A stretch of DNA of 64,000 nucleotides from Eledone cirrhosa. Lineage: Eukaryota. The stretch lies in NCBI GenBank assembly GCA_964016885.1, contig OZ024761.1:21018001-21082000 (forward strand), read 5' to 3'. Positions 12,997-27,115 of the stretch are shown here, in pieces. The notes below the pieces were generated by a model. The model did not search any database. It was not told the origin of the DNA and worked only from the letters and a program-made list of their open reading frames with translations. Every line of letters begins with the position of its first letter. Position 1 is the first letter of the stretch. The position numbers were made by a program, and so were the translations under genes.

Positions 12997-13199
12997 TGGT
13001 TACACAACAGTTAGTTCACCATACCAAGAACAAGTGTTTCACCTTAGCGGATCCCCAGCTCAGCTCATAATGGAGGATCCGCTAAGGTGAAACAATTGTT
13101 CTCGGTATGGTGAACTAACTGTTGTGTAACCACTTCTGCCTAACTCGTCCCATGGACTGAGTGCTCTACCACTACGGATATTACCTTCCAGTGTTCTAC

Positions 13200-13200
<1 letters not shown>
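12994..13200 (+). mobile_element. Fold-back element with degenerate hammerhead and 3' tail
   Basis: Arms 12994-13053 and 13075-13135; GAAAC-AATT-GTT-CTC half-core; tail containing ACTC..GAGTGC; shorter copy at 59612-59735. Confidence 0.65.
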
Positions 13201-13250
<50 letters not shown>

Positions 13251-13332
13251 TTTATCCCAGGTTCAATCGGGGGTAACCACAGTAAGTAAGGTACTCAATA
13301 CATAGCAGAGTATGAATATTTAATATAGAAAG

Positions 13333-13389
13333 GTTTCTACAGGACTAGAACTGTTTCATTCCGGAGAAGTCGAGAAATCATCAGGAAGC
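13333..13389 (-). ncRNA. Type I hammerhead ribozyme (family H1)
   Basis: GCTTC-CTGATGA-tttctcgacttctccggaat-GAAA-CAG-ttctagtc-CTG-TA-GAA. Confidence 0.75.
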
Positions 13390-13392
13390 TGG

Positions 13393-13437
13393 TTCCTGAT
13401 GATTTCTCTCAAATGAAACAGTTCTAGTCCTGTAGAA
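13393..13437 (+). ncRNA. Type I hammerhead ribozyme (family H1, inverted arm)
   Basis: TTC-CTGATGA-tttctctcaaat-GAAA-CAG-ttctagtc-CTG-TA-GAA. Confidence 0.7.
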
Positions 13438-13450
13438 GCCTTTGTATATG

Positions 13451-13496
<46 letters not shown>

Positions 13497-13539
13497 ATAA
13501 TAAATGTGAAGACTAAAATCTGAAGAGAGCTCGATAAGG

Positions 13540-13586
<47 letters not shown>

Positions 13587-13674
13587 GTAGAGCAAATATT
13601 TATTAGAACAGATTAAAGTTTAAGCAAAGAATTGCTGCTTTCACCCTTAACGGGATCTTCTGAAATATATATAT

Positions 13675-14485
13675 CATCATCTTCATCACCGTTTTACGCC
13701 CATATTTCCACACTAGCGTGGGTTAGACGAGTTGTCCTGTTGTGAGAAATACCATGTCAGGTGACCATGTCTTGCTCATAGAGAACTGATTCTGGCTTGG
13801 GACTGGGTGCTTTTTGTCATATCACCTACATGACCACTTTACAGTGTAGACTGGGTGCTTTGTGTCATGTCACCTACATGACAACTTTACAGTGTGGACT
13901 GGGTGCTTTGTGTCATGTCACCTACATGACAACTTTACAGTGTGGACTGGGTGCTTTTTGTTGTGACACTAAATGACCACTTTACAGTGTGGACTGGGTG
14001 CTTTTTGTTGTGACACTACATGACCACTTTACAGTGTGGACTGGGTGCTTTTTGTTGTGACACTACATGACCACTTTACAGTGTGGACTGGGTGCTTTTT
14101 GTTGTGACACTAAATGACAACTTTACAGTGTGGACTGGGTGCTTTTTGTTGTGACACTACATGACCACTTTACAGTGTGGACTGGGTGCTTTTTGTTGTG
14201 ACACTACATGACCACTTTACAGTGTGGACTGGTGCTTTTTGTTGTGACACTACATGACCACTTTACAGTGTGGACTGGGTGCTTTTTGTTGTGACACTAC
14301 ATGACCACTTTACAGTGTGGACTGGGTGCTTTTTGTTGTGACACTACATGACCACTTTACAGTGTGGACTGGGTGCTTTTTGTTGTGACACTACATGACC
14401 ACTTTACAGTGTGGACTGGGTACTTTTTGTTGTGACACTACATGACCACTTTACAGTGTGGACTGGGTGACTTTTGTCATAACTA
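13675..14485 (-). repeat. RTE-3'-end retroposon carrying a 47-bp tandem array (~14 units)
   Basis: Unit GGACTGGGTGCTTTTTGTTGTGACACTACATGACCACTTTACAGTGT; single-copy version at ~5870-5920. Confidence 0.9.
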
Positions 14486-15399
14486 CAGTTTGCTATGTGT
14501 GTGTGCATATGCAACAGATGTTCACCAGTTGCTACAACAGTATTACTGTCTGTGTAACAGATGTGTGTATTAGTTGTAAATACAGTATTGCTATATATAT
14601 ATATGTGTGTGTGTGTGTGCAACAGATGTGCACCAGATACAATTACAATATTATGTGTGTTTGTGTGTGCAACAGATGTGCACCAGTTGCATATAATAGC
14701 TGCACATATATCAAATGTTGAATAGATATAAAATTGTTGCAGTTGTTGTTGCTGCTGTTCTAGGTGTTGGTGTTGGTGTTGGTGGTCGTGCTGTTGTTGT
14801 TGTTGGTGGTGGTGGTGTTGGTGTTGGTGGTGTTGTTGGTGTTGGTGGTGGTGGTGGTGGTGGTGGTGGTGTTGTTGGTGTTGTTGTTGGTGGTGTTGGT
14901 GGTGGTGATGGTGGTGGTGGTGGTGGTGTTGTTGTTGGTGGTCGTGCTGTTGGTGGTGGTGTTGTTGGTGTTGGTGGTGGTGTTGTTGTTGGTGGTGGTG
15001 TTGTTGTTGTTGGTGGTGTTGGTGTTGTTGGTGGTGGTGTTGTTGGTGGTGTTGGTGGTGGTGTTGTTGGTGGTGGTGTTGTTGTTGTTGGTGGTAGTGG
15101 TGGTGCTGCATGTGTTTAGTGTGAAATGTATGCACAGCTACATGCATATATTTGCATCATGTGGTTATGTAGTCGCGTGTGTATCATATGTCGCGGGTAT
15201 TCATTTGTGTATGTATACGTATGTGTATGTATATATATATATGTGTGTGTGTATGTATATATGTGTGTGTGTATGTCGCCTGCATGTATGTATATATGTG
15301 TGTGTGTGTGTATGTATTGTGTGACATGTGCATTCATGTGTGTATGTATGTATATGTGTGTGTTCATATAGAGAGAGAGATAGACAGATAGATAGATAT

Positions 15400-15813
15400 G
15401 TTTCTTTATTAGCCACAGGGGCACAAAAGAAGGGGACAAATACAAAGGGGGGAAGTTTACATACAATAAAAACGTGTAAAATATCATCACAAATACAATT
15501 TAAAAAATTAGTCGATTTTCCCCAATAGGGGGAGACATTTCATATGGGTAACACATACCCCCGAAAAAATGTGCAACCCTCATCTCCAGGAGTACGAAGA
15601 GTGAGTACCCCTTTGCTCTCTTCTTCTTTTTCCTCAACCTACAGGCTGATATAGAGAGAAGGCCCATTCACTCGGGCCACCCTCGCCACTTTCACCCACC
15701 TTTCATAAAACTTGCTGGGGTACAGCACTTCTCTCTCCATCCTCGGGTACAGCACCTCTCTCTCCATCCTGGGGTACAGCACCTCTCTCTCCATCCTGAC
15801 TCTTCTTCCAAAG
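15400..15813 (-). mobile_element. 5'-truncated LINE 3' end, probably L1/Tx1-like
   Basis: ORF terminus RRVRMEREVLYPSKFYERWVKVARVARVNGPSLYISL* (27-bp internal triplication); 3' UTR ending GTGGCTAATAAAGAAA; second 3' end at 63385-63470. Confidence 0.55.
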
Positions 15814-16009
15814 GTAGGTAGATAGATAGGCAGATAGATGGATGGACACAGTGATAGAGAGATAGATAGAGAGAGAGAGATGGAGAGAGAGAGAGATGGA
15901 CACAGTGATAGATAGAGAGAGAGAGAGATAGAGAGATAGATGGAGAGAGAGATAGAGAGAGATAGATAGATAGAGAGAGAGAGATAGATAGATAGATAGA
16001 GAGATGGAG

Positions 16010-16040
<31 letters not shown>

Positions 16041-16075
16041 TGGAGGGATAGATAGAGAGATGGAGAGAGAGATGG

Positions 16076-16106
<31 letters not shown>

Positions 16107-16913
16107 GATAGATAGAGAGAGAGATGGAGGGATAAATAGAGAGGAGACTCCACCTGTTGTCAGAGTAGATTCAGCTGTTTGCGAAGCAATCTTGAAAAGG
16201 TAGGCAACAATACAACAACACGTTAATGATATTCTCAAATATCTGTTTGTGTGTATATATATATGTGTGTGTGTATATATATATGTGTGTGTATATATAT
16301 ATATATATGTGTGTGTGTGTATATATATATATGTGTGTGTATATATATATAAATATGTGTATATATATATATGTGTGTGTGTGTGTACATATATATATGT
16401 GTGCATATATATATATATGTGTGTGTGTATTTGTGTATATATATATATATATGTGTGTTTGTGTGTATATATATATATATATGTGTGTGTATATATATAT
16501 ATATGTGTATATATGTGTGTGTGTGTGTGTGTGTATATATATGTGTGTGTGTATTTGTGTATATATATATATATATATACGTGTGTTTGTGTGTATATAT
16601 ATATATATATGTGTGTGTTTGTATATATATATATATATGTGTGTGTGTAAACATATATATATTCATATATGTATGTCTTGTATGTATGTATATATATAAC
16701 CCATGCTAGAATGCTAGATAGACATTAAATGATGATGATGATGTGTGTGTGTATATATATATATTCATATATATGTGAGTCTTGTATGTATGTATGTATG
16801 TTTAACTCTCTCTCCCTCTTTTAAGCGTGAAACTAATAAGACTTATGTTAATGCATCCTCGTTTGTTTCTTGAATTCATGGTAAATATGTGTATATATCT
16901 ATATATGTATATA

Positions 16914-16947
<34 letters not shown>

Positions 16948-17474
16948 TATATATATTGTGCTTAATATAGATATGGCTTCTACAGGAGTAGAACTGTTTC
17001 ATTCAAAAGAAATCATGTGTGTTGTGTGTGATTGATAAATGCTGGGTCCGTCAACTCCTTATTATATATATATATATGTGTGTGTGTGTATGTATATATA
17101 TATATATACATGTCATATGTCTTAGCGAGTATATATGTGTGTGTCTATATATGTATATATATATGTGTATATATATACATATATGTGTGTATATATATAT
17201 ATATGTATATATGTATATACACGTGACATATATGTGTATATATGTCCTATGTGTGTATATATATGTGTATATATATATGTGTATATATATATATATATAT
17301 ATTTGTGTGTATATATATATATATATATATTTGTGTGTATATATGGTCTGTGTATATGTGTATATATGTCCTGTATATATAAGGTGTCACGTACGTGTGA
17401 CAATATATACACTACATTATATAGTAGTATCATGTGATAGTAGTAGCTGGTTAATGACTGGGGTGTTGTTACTG

Positions 17475-19900
17475 TGGTGGTGGTGGTGGTGGTGGTGGTG
17501 GTGGTGGTGGTAGTAGTAATAGTAGTGTGGTGGTGGTGGTAGTAGTAGTGGTGGTGGTAGTAGTGGTGGTGGTAGTGGTGGTAGTGGTGGTGGTGGTGGT
17601 TGTAGTAATAGTAGTGTGGTGGTGGTGGTAGTAGTAGTGTTAGTAGTGGTGGTGGTGATGGTGGTGGTAGTAGTAGTAGTAGTAGTGGTAGTAGTAGTGA
17701 TGGTGGTAGTAGTAGTAGTGGTAGTAGTAGTAATAGTGGTGGTAGTAGTAGTAGAGGTAGTAGTGGTAGTAGTGGTAGTAGTAGTAGTGGTGGTAGTAGT
17801 AGTAGCGGTGGTAGTGGTAGTAGTAGAGGTAGTAGTGGTAGTAGTGGTGGTAGTGGTAGTAGTAGTAGTGTTAGTAGTAGTAATAGTGGTGGTGGTAGTG
17901 GTAGTAGTGGTGGTAGTAGTAGTGGTAGTAGTAGTGGTGGTAGTAGTAATAGTGGTGGTAGTAGTGGTGGTAGTAGTAGTGGTGGTAGTGGTAGTAGTAG
18001 TGGTGGTAGTAGTGGTGGTAATAGTAGTGGTGGTAGTAGTAGTGGTGGTATTAGTAGTAGTAGTAGTGGTGGTATTAGTAGTAGTAGTAGTGGTAGTAGT
18101 GGTGGTAGTGGTTGACTGAGGAGTTGTGTTCCTTCTGGGAGAGAGAGCAAGAACTCATCTCTCAGTTTTCAGTTGTTGTGTGTTGTGTGGTGTGTGTTGT
18201 GTGTTGTTGTGTGTTGTGTGTTGTTGTGTGGTGTGTGGTGTGTGTGTGTGGTGTGTGTTGTGTGGTGTGTGTTGTTGTGTGGTGTGTGGTGTGTGTAGTG
18301 TGTGTGTGGTGTGTTTTGTGTGGTGTGTGTTGTGTGTTGTTGTGTTGTTGTGTGGTGTGTGTTGTGTGGTGTGTGTTGTGTGGTATGTTTGTTGTGTGTG
18401 TTGTGTGGTGTGTGTGGTGTGTGTTGTTGTGTGTGTGTGTTGTGTGGTATGTGTGTTGTGTGTTGTGGTGTGTGTTGTGTGTTGTGGTGTGTGTTGTGTG
18501 TGTGTGTTGTGGTGTGTGTTGTGTGTGTGTGTTGTGGTGTGTGTTGTGTGTGTGTGTTGTGTGTTGTGTGTTGTGGTGTGTGTTGTGTGTGTGTGTTGTG
18601 GTGTGTGTTGTGTGTGTGTGTTGTGTGTGTGTGTTGTGGTGTGTGTTGTGGCGTGTGTTGTCTGATTGTGATGACAGAGGAAGAGAAAAAAATGACCACT
18701 AGCAGTAACACCACCACCACCACCATCTCTCACTACCGCCACCACCACCATCTCTCACTACCGCCACCACCACTACCACCACCACCTCTCACCACCACCA
18801 CCTCTCACCACCACCACCACTCGCCACCAACACCACCACACCAGCACTACCACCACCACCACCACTACCACCACCATCACCAGCACACCACTACCACCAC
18901 CACCACTCACCACTACCACCTCTCACCACCACCACCACTCACCACTACCACCTCTCACCACCACCACCACTCACCACCACCACCACAACACACTACACAC
19001 CACCATCACCACCACCACCACCATCACCACCACCACCACTACCACTACACACCATCAACACAACACCAACACAACACCACCACCACCACCATCACCACCA
19101 CCATCACTATCACCACCACCACCACCATCACCACCACCACTACCACTACCACCATCACCACTACCATCACCACTACCACCACTACCACCACAACCACTAC
19201 CACCACCACCACGACCACCACTACTACCACCATCACCACTACCACCATCACCACCACTACCACCACCACCACCACTACCATCACCACCACCACTACCACC
19301 ACCACCACGACCACCTCTACTACCACCATCACCACTACCACCATCACCACCACTACCACCACCACCACTACCATCACCACCACCACTATCACCACCACCA
19401 CGACCACCACTACTACCACCATCACCACTACCACCATCACCACCACTACCACCACCACCACCACTACCATCACCACCACCACTACCATCACCACCACTAC
19501 CACCACCACCACCACCACTACCATCACCACCACCACTACCATCACCACTACCACCACCACCACCACTACCACCACCACCACCACTACCATCACCACCACC
19601 ACTACCATCACCACCACTACCACCACCACCACCACCACCACCACCACCACCACCACCACCACCACTACCATCACCACTACCACCACCACCACCACCACCA
19701 CTACCACCACCACCACCACTACCACCACTACCACCACCACCACTACCACCACTACCACCACCACCACCACCACCACTACCACCACCACCACCACTACCAC
19801 CATCACCACCACTACCACCACCACCACCACTACCATCACCACCACCACTACCACCACTACCACCACCACCACCACCACCACTACCACCACCACCACCACT
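17475..19900. repeat. Large low-complexity block: (GTA/GTG)n, (GTGTT)n-like, (CAC/TAC)n
   Basis: Visible. Confidence 0.95.
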
Positions 19901-20382
19901 ATACTGGTAGGTAGGTCTGCTGGTTGGTTGTCTTGCAATACCAGCGGCTTTCGGAAATTATATATCGAATAATTGTCCAAGAAGACAACAACAACAACAA
20001 CAGTCAGTACCTGTTTATATTTGTTTATATTTTAACTGTGTTGTTTATTTGTTATTTAATTGAATTATTGTTGTTATAGTTGTTGTCGTCTGCCTTCATC
20101 CATTTTCCTCCAAGAGTCGCAAGCAAGGACATCGTTGTTTCCTTTACAACGTATGTCGAATGTGGAAGCATGCATATGTGACTGTGTGTATGTATATATA
20201 TATATATATATATACTTACATACCTACACATGCATATACATACATACATACATACATTTATATATATATATGCACATGCATATATATATAAATGTATATA
20301 TATGCATATGTGACTGTGTGTATATATATATATATATACTTACATACCTACACATGCATATACATATATATACATACATACA

Positions 20383-20421
<39 letters not shown>

Positions 20422-20513
20422 GCACATGCATATATGTATATATATATATATATATATATTTATAAATATACATACATAAGTGTACGTGTGTATACATATA
20501 CACACGTACACTT

Positions 20514-20564
<51 letters not shown>

Positions 20565-20568
<4 letters not shown>

Positions 20569-20631
20569 CTCTGCTATGTATTGAGTACCTTACTTACTGT
20601 GGTTACCCCCGATTGAACCCTGGATAAACTT
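20565..20631 (+). mobile_element. Solo tail of family H1 in (TA)n
   Basis: Near-identical to the reverse complement of 13248-13313. Confidence 0.75.
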
Positions 20632-20649
20632 ATATATACATATACACAC

Positions 20650-20682
<33 letters not shown>

Positions 20683-20691
20683 CATACATAT

Positions 20692-20764
20692 ACAGGGTGT
20701 CCCAAAAGAATGTATACATGGTTTGATTACCTGTACAAGAAATATTTATTAAAACGCTGTTGAG

Positions 20765-20765
<1 letters not shown>
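20692..20765. mobile_element. Tc1/mariner-like terminal remnant
   Basis: TA|CAGGGTGTCCCAAAA end; related remnant at ~34279-34340. Confidence 0.45.
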
Positions 20766-20807
<42 letters not shown>

Positions 20808-22824
20808 GTGCTGCGTGTAGTGCCGTTTATTTTCTATGTAGGAAAGTGTGAGTGACTTCGAAGTTTCTGCATACTAATCTCCAGTATTGAGTGCTTCTTA
20901 CAATTAACGTTCCACTGTTTTTCAGTTCTATGAATTTAGAAACGCGTATTCTAATATATGCATGTGTGTATATATAGAGATAGATATGTGTGTATGCATA
21001 TATATGCATGAATGTATATATGCATATATGAATGTGTATATATGCATATATGAGTGTATGTATGCATGTGTATATATGAATGTATGCATGTGTATATATG
21101 AATGTATGTATGCATATATGAATGTATATATGCATTTATGAATGTATATATGTATGTGTATATATGCATATATGAATGTATGTATGCATATATGAATGTA
21201 TATATGCATGTGTATATATGCATATATGCATGTGTATATATGCATATATGAATGTATATATGTATGTGTATATATGCATATATGAATGTATATATGCATG
21301 TGTATATATGCATATATGCATGTGTATATATGCATATATGAATGTATATATGCATATATGAATGTATGTATGCATATATGAATGTATATATGAATGTATG
21401 AATGTATATATGTATGTGTATATATGCATATATGAATGTATATATGTATGTGTATATATGTATATATAAATGTATGTATATATATATATGTATGGCGGTT
21501 TCGGTGTTTCTTTCCAGCTGTTTAAAACCGTTTGTATGTGGCCTGCATGTATGTATAATAATATAACACATATATATATATATTGTTGGCACTTGTCTAC
21601 AGTGACATTGTCACCTGTCACCTCCTTGTGACCCGTCACCTGTCACTTCACTGCCGCCTGTCACCTCCCTGCCACATGTCATCCCACTGTCACTTGTCAC
21701 CCCGTTGTCACCTCACTGTCACCTTGTCATCCCCTTGCCACCCGTCATCTGTCACCCCATTGTCACGTGTCACCCCCTTGCCTCCGGTCACTGTCGCCTG
21801 TCACCTCCCCGTCACCTGTCACCTAACAACCACCTGTCACCCCCCCACAAAATCTAAATAGTTCCCGCCTCTCTGTGTTTACTTTCACTTTTGGTGGTGG
21901 TAGTGGTGGTGGTGGTGGTGGTGGTGGTGATGTAGTGGTGGTGTTATGGTGTAGGTGTCGTGATGGTGTAGTGGTAGTGGTGGTGGTGGTGGTGGTGGTG
22001 TAGTAGTGTAATGATGGTGGTAGTGTGGTGGTGGTGGTGGTGGTGTAGTAGTGTAGTGGTGGTGGTGGTAGTGTGGTGGTGGTGGTGTAGTAGTGTAGTG
22101 GTGGTGGTGTAGTGTAGTAGTGGTGGTGGTGTAGTAGTGTAGTAGTGGTGGTGGTGTAGTAGTGTAGTAGTGTAGTAGTGGTGGTGGTGTAGTAGTGTAG
22201 TAGTGTGGTGGTGGTGGTGTAGTGTAGTAGTGGTGGTGGTGTAGTAGTGTAGTAGTGTAGTAGTGGTGGTGGTGTAGTAGTGTAGTAGTGTAGTAGTGGT
22301 GGTGGTAGTGGTGTAGTGTGATGGTGGTGGTGTAGTAGTGTAGTAGTGGTGGTGGTAGTGGTGTAGTGTGATGGTGGTGGTGTAGTAGTGTAGTGGTGGT
22401 GGTGGTGTAGTAGTGTAGTAGTGGTGGTGGTAGTGGTGTAGTGTGATGGTGGTGGTGTAGTAGTGTAGTGGTGGTGGTGGTGTAGTAGTGTAGTAGTGGT
22501 GGTGGTAGTGGTGTAGTGTGATGGTGGTGGTGTAGTAGTGTAGTGGTGGTGGTGGTGTAGTAGTGTAGTAGTGGTGGTGGTAGTGGTGTAGTGTGATGGT
22601 GGTGGTATGCCAAAGCCAGAGGAGCATCGGCCAAATATTTGTCAGTATTTCAGCTCTGAGTGTTGTAACGTTCTGAGTTCGAATCCCGCCGAGGTTAACT
22701 TTACCTTTCATGCTTCCCAGGGGCGCCATAAAATAAACCAACAGTCAAGTACTCAGCTTCATAGAAATCCACTTTCCATTATTTCCTAGATTTCTGCCAA
22801 ATTTACAAATCATTTATTAATTTC

Positions 22825-22861
<37 letters not shown>

Positions 22862-23486
22862 CGGTGTGTCTGTGTGTGTGTCTGTGTGTGTGTGTCTGTG
22901 TGTGTGTATATGTGTGTGTGTATCTATGTGTGTGTGTCTATGTGTGTGTGTCTATGTGTGTGTGTCTATGTGTTTGTGTGTATGTGTTTGTGTGTATCTG
23001 TGTGTGTGTGTCTATGTGTGTGTGTGTCTATGTGTGTGTCTATGTGTGTGTGTGTCTATGTGTTTGTGTGCATCTGTGTCTATGCGTGTGTGCTTGTCTG
23101 TATGTTTGTCTATGTGTGTGTGTATATGTCTGTGTGTGTGTCTATGTGTGTGTGCGTGTCTGTATGTTTGTGTGTGTATATGTCTGTGTGTGTGCGTGTC
23201 TGTATGTTTGTCTGTGTGTGTGTGTATGTATGTGTGTGTATGTGTCTCTGTGTTTATCTGTACGTGTGTATTTAGTCTGCATGTGTGTCAGTGTGTGAGA
23301 AAGAGAGAGAGAGAGTGTGTGTGTGTGTGAGAGAGAGAAAGAGAGAGTGTGTGTGTGAGAGAGAGAGAGAGTGTGTGTGTGTGTGTGAGAGAGAGAGAGT
23401 GTGTGTGTGTCAGTGTGTGAGAAAGACACAGAGAGTGTGTGTGTGTGAGAAAGAGAGAGAGAGACAGTGTGTGAGAAAGAGAGAGA

Positions 23487-23517
<31 letters not shown>

Positions 23518-23890
23518 TGAGTGTGTGTGTGTATGTGTGTGAGAGAGAGAGAGAGTGTGTGTGAGAAAGAGAGAGAGAGTGTGTGTCAGTGTGTGAGAGA
23601 GAGAGAGTGTGTGTGTGTGTGAGAAAGAGAGAGAGATAGTGTGTGTGTCAGTGTGTGAGAAAGAGAGAGAGAGAATGTGTGTGTGTGTGTGAGAGAGAGA
23701 GAGTGTGTGTGTGTGTGAGAAAGAGAGAGTGTGTGTGTGTGTGAGAAAGAGAGAGTGTGTGTCAGTGTGTGAGAAAGAAAGACAGAGAGAGAGAGAGAAA
23801 GAGAGAACATAGGAGGAATGTAGTAAACTCTACGAGACCAGGAATTCCAACTGGGTAAATTATTGTCTTTATTTTATATTACTATTATTA

Positions 23891-24090
23891 TGGCAGTAAT
23901 TGGTAGAGCGTCGGACGCCATGCTTTGTGGCATAGAGTTACGGCCCTTTACCTTCTGAGTTCAAATCCCGCTGAGGTTATAGCTTTGCCTTTCATCCTTA
24001 CGGGGTCGATAAAATAAAGTACCAGTAATGCTCTGGGGTAATTGCTGGCCTTGTGCCAAAAGTAGAAACAATTATTATTATTATTATTAT
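23891..24090 (+). mobile_element. SINE family A, near full length
   Basis: tRNA-like head (TGGCAG..GGTAGAGCG..GTTCAAATCC), central domain, (ATT)n tail. Confidence 0.88.
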
Positions 24091-24949
24091 TTGCTGCCGG
24101 TTCCAACCATTATTGTGAGGTCGTCACCTGTAACACCTGATGGTGTGGTAGGCGGTGGGAGCATAGTGATATAACAGCATGTCCACGGTTGTATTTAGAC
24201 CTTGGGGTCCCGAGGCACTTAAGGTTTTGGTGGGAGGCAGCCCCTTATACACCAAAAGTTAGAATACACAGCCAGCCCCCCAATTTTACATATCAAAGTT
24301 AGCTTGGCACAAGTAATTGGAAGTGAAAAGTTATATGTACAGGTATTTAATTCAATTATTCTAACCATCCTAAAACTAAAAATCCCAGCCGAGGGCACAA
24401 ATACATTGCTACAGCCATTGTTGGTGGACCCCCTTCCCCACTGTAGGCGGGGGGGGTACCTCCTTAGCCCCTTCCATTAAATCCGGCCCAGAGCATGTCT
24501 TGGGTATTTTTTTTTAAACTTGGGGGGGGGGGGGGGGGGGGGAGTCCGTCTCTCTTTAGGTTTGAACACAGCTGGTTCCTTGTAGAGAGAGAAGTTTGTG
24601 TGAGAGAGAGGAAGAAATGCCCGAGTATTTCACTGGTACTTTATTTATTGATCTAGAAATATTTAAAGCTGACCTCGGCGGGTTGTTGTAGACGTTGTTG
24701 TTGTTGTTGTAGATATTGTAGTTGTTATTGTTGAGTTCCTAGCCAGCAGCCTCCATTGAGCAGCAGACCTATTTATGATCACAGTTATTCCAACCGTGAC
24801 TGTTCCATCTGACTGCATATCAAGGGACTACATTGTCTAATATGTCCATCCCTCTTTTTTCTTAAGAAAAAAGAAAGGAACTACCGGGTGTAGTTTGAGA
24901 AAGGTGTGAGGTGGATTTAGCTGCTATTGTTTTAAATATTTTACCAGAG

Positions 24950-25087
24950 GAACCATCGCATCCCTCAACGTGGTTGAGGGTCTTGTACATAGAACCATCG
25001 CATCCCTCAACGTGGTTGAGGGTCTTGTACATAGAACCATCGCATCCCTCAACGTGGTTGAGGGTCTTGTACATAGAACCATCGCAT
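24950..25087. repeat. 42-bp tandem repeat x3 with an internal hairpin
   Basis: GAACCATCGCAT-CCCTCAAC-GTG-GTTGAGGG-TCTTGTACATA. Confidence 0.9.
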
Positions 25088-25424
25088 TCTTCAATGCAGT
25101 TAGTATTAATAAGTGTTGACATTAATAGCATGCCAAATTTCACAGCTCTAACATCATTCATAAGCAGATAATCAGCCTGCGAACCTTTCAACCGAATTCT
25201 TGTAAATTCACTCTCGATAAAATACCGCCACCCACACACCCATTGACCCTTGAAACATATTTTTATTTGTTGGTCAGAATATATAAAATTGTATTCTTGT
25301 AATTCTTTAAAGCAGCATTTCTGACACCCCCCCCCCCTTTTTTTTTGTTCATCCTTGTGGAACCCTTGAAATAGTTTCCATGTCCCAGGGAACCCCTGCA
25401 TAAAAATTATTATATACCATTGTT

Positions 25425-25536
25425 CAAATCCCGCCGAGGTTAACTTTGCCTTTCATCCTTACTGGGTTGATAAAATAAAGAAGTACCAGTAATGTACTGG
25501 GGAGTAATTGCTGGCCTTGTGCCAAAGGTAGAAACA
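25425..25536 (+). mobile_element. 5'-truncated SINE A with 16-bp TSD, inserted into a probable hAT-like remnant (~25355-25803)
   Basis: ATTATATACCATTGTT at 25409-25424 and 25537-25552; the host has GGAACCCC motifs and ends GGTTGAGAAACTCT. Confidence 0.8.
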
Positions 25537-26759
25537 ATTATATACCATTGTTACTGGTCAAGGCAACGACCCTAGTTTTAAATAAATATAAAAGGTCGAG
25601 GTTTTTATATATAAATACCCGACGATTTTCCAATAATATGCCGGAAGTGGGTAGTAAAATACAAAAGATTCTTTAAAAAATTGCGTTAGTTTATTCATCA
25701 CTGTTTTTTTTCGTGAAACCCCTAGGCACAGGCCTCATGTGGAAACCTTTTCAACCTCTTGTAAAATACTAGGGTTCCGGGAACCCCGGTTGAGAAACTC
25801 TACTATGAAGAGCTGTATTCCTTCCAGCTAAATTAATTACCATTATTGACTTGTGAAAGGTTTAACAAATTGGAAGAAAGTTTATTTTCTTATCGATGAC
25901 GTTTGTTTTTGATTTTGTTTTAAACTGTTGCACTTGTTTTGTTCGTTAATCGATATTGTATTGGAAAGTGAGGACATAGTTGTTGTTGTTGTTGTTGTTG
26001 TGGTGGTGGTGGTGGTGGAAGTGTAGTTAGTGCATGGGTAGCGTGTTTAATAGAAGCGGGTGTGTGTGGGTGTATGACAGATTAAATATTGGTGATGGTT
26101 GCGGTTGATAGTGGGGGGGGGTGATGGTTATGGTGTTGACGGTGGTGGTTGATAGTGGGGGGGAGATGATGCTGGTGTTGGTGTTGACGGTGGTGGTGAT
26201 GGTGGCGGTTGATAGTGGGGGGGAGATGGTGTTGGTGCTGGGGGTGATGGTTATGGTGTTGACGGTGGTGGTGATGGTGGTGCTGGGGTTGTTGGGTGAT
26301 GTGTGTGTGGTGGTGATGGTTATGTTTTCGGTGGTGGTGGTGTTAATGGTGGAGGTGGGGTTGATGGATGCTGGTGGTGGTGGTGGTGGTGGTGGTGGTT
26401 GAATGTTGAGGTTCCGTGAGTGTAGTAGTTGTATTATATCAAATAGTGGCGGTGTGGCGGTGTCACATCTGTGGCGGTGTCAATCTGGTGGTGTGGTGCT
26501 GTAGCCTATACGGTGGTTTCTAGCCACGTTAAATGGTGGTGGTGGTGGTGTGGTGGTGTCGCCTGTTCAGTGATGGTGGTGTCGTGGTGGTGGTGTGGTG
26601 CTGTAGCCTATACGGTGGTTTCTAGCCACGTTAAATGGTGGTGGCGGTAGCGGTGATGTAGTAGTTTCACGTGTACGGTGGTTTAATGGAGGGGGTGTTG
26701 TCGTGTCGCGTGTTCTATTTAAAATGGTAGAGGTGGCGGCGGCGGCGTCGTCGTTATGT

Positions 26760-27115
26760 AGTTGGTGCTTTGTTACGTTATATAGAGGTGGCGGCGGCCT
26801 CGTTTCACGTGTACTGTGGTATATTACGTTATATAGTCGTGGCGGCGTTGACGTCGTTTCACGTGTACTGTGGTGCATGACGTTATATAGTCGTGGCGGC
26901 GTTGACGTCGTTTCACGTTACTGTGGTATATTACGTTATATAGTGGTAGCGGCGTTGACGTCGTTTCACGTTACTGTGGTATATTACGTTATATAGTGGT
27001 AGCGGCGTTGACGTCGTTTCACGTTACTGTGGTAGCGGCGTTGACGTCGTTTCACGTTACTGTGGCATATTACGTTATATAGTGGTAGCGGCGTTGACGT
27101 CGTTTCACGTGTACG
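26760..27115. repeat. CpG-rich ~53-bp minisatellite
   Basis: TACGTTATATAGTGGTAGCGGCGTTGACGTCGTTTCACG units. Confidence 0.85.

Larger units (their letters stand above)
13248..13450 (-). mobile_element. Fold-back hammerhead element (family H1) with tail, in (TA)n
   Basis: Two inverted hammerheads, with a tail (ACTC..GAGTACC..GGTTACCCCCGATTGAACC) on one side only. Confidence 0.8.

Noticed and set aside
15645-15813. Plus-strand exon with good splice signals and an open frame
   Set aside because: Antisense to a LINE 3' end whose terminus recurs at 63385-63470; exonisation cannot be excluded
24180-24490. Possible DNA transposon with GGGCCGGATTTA-like end
   Set aside because: Left TIR too degenerate and no TSD seen
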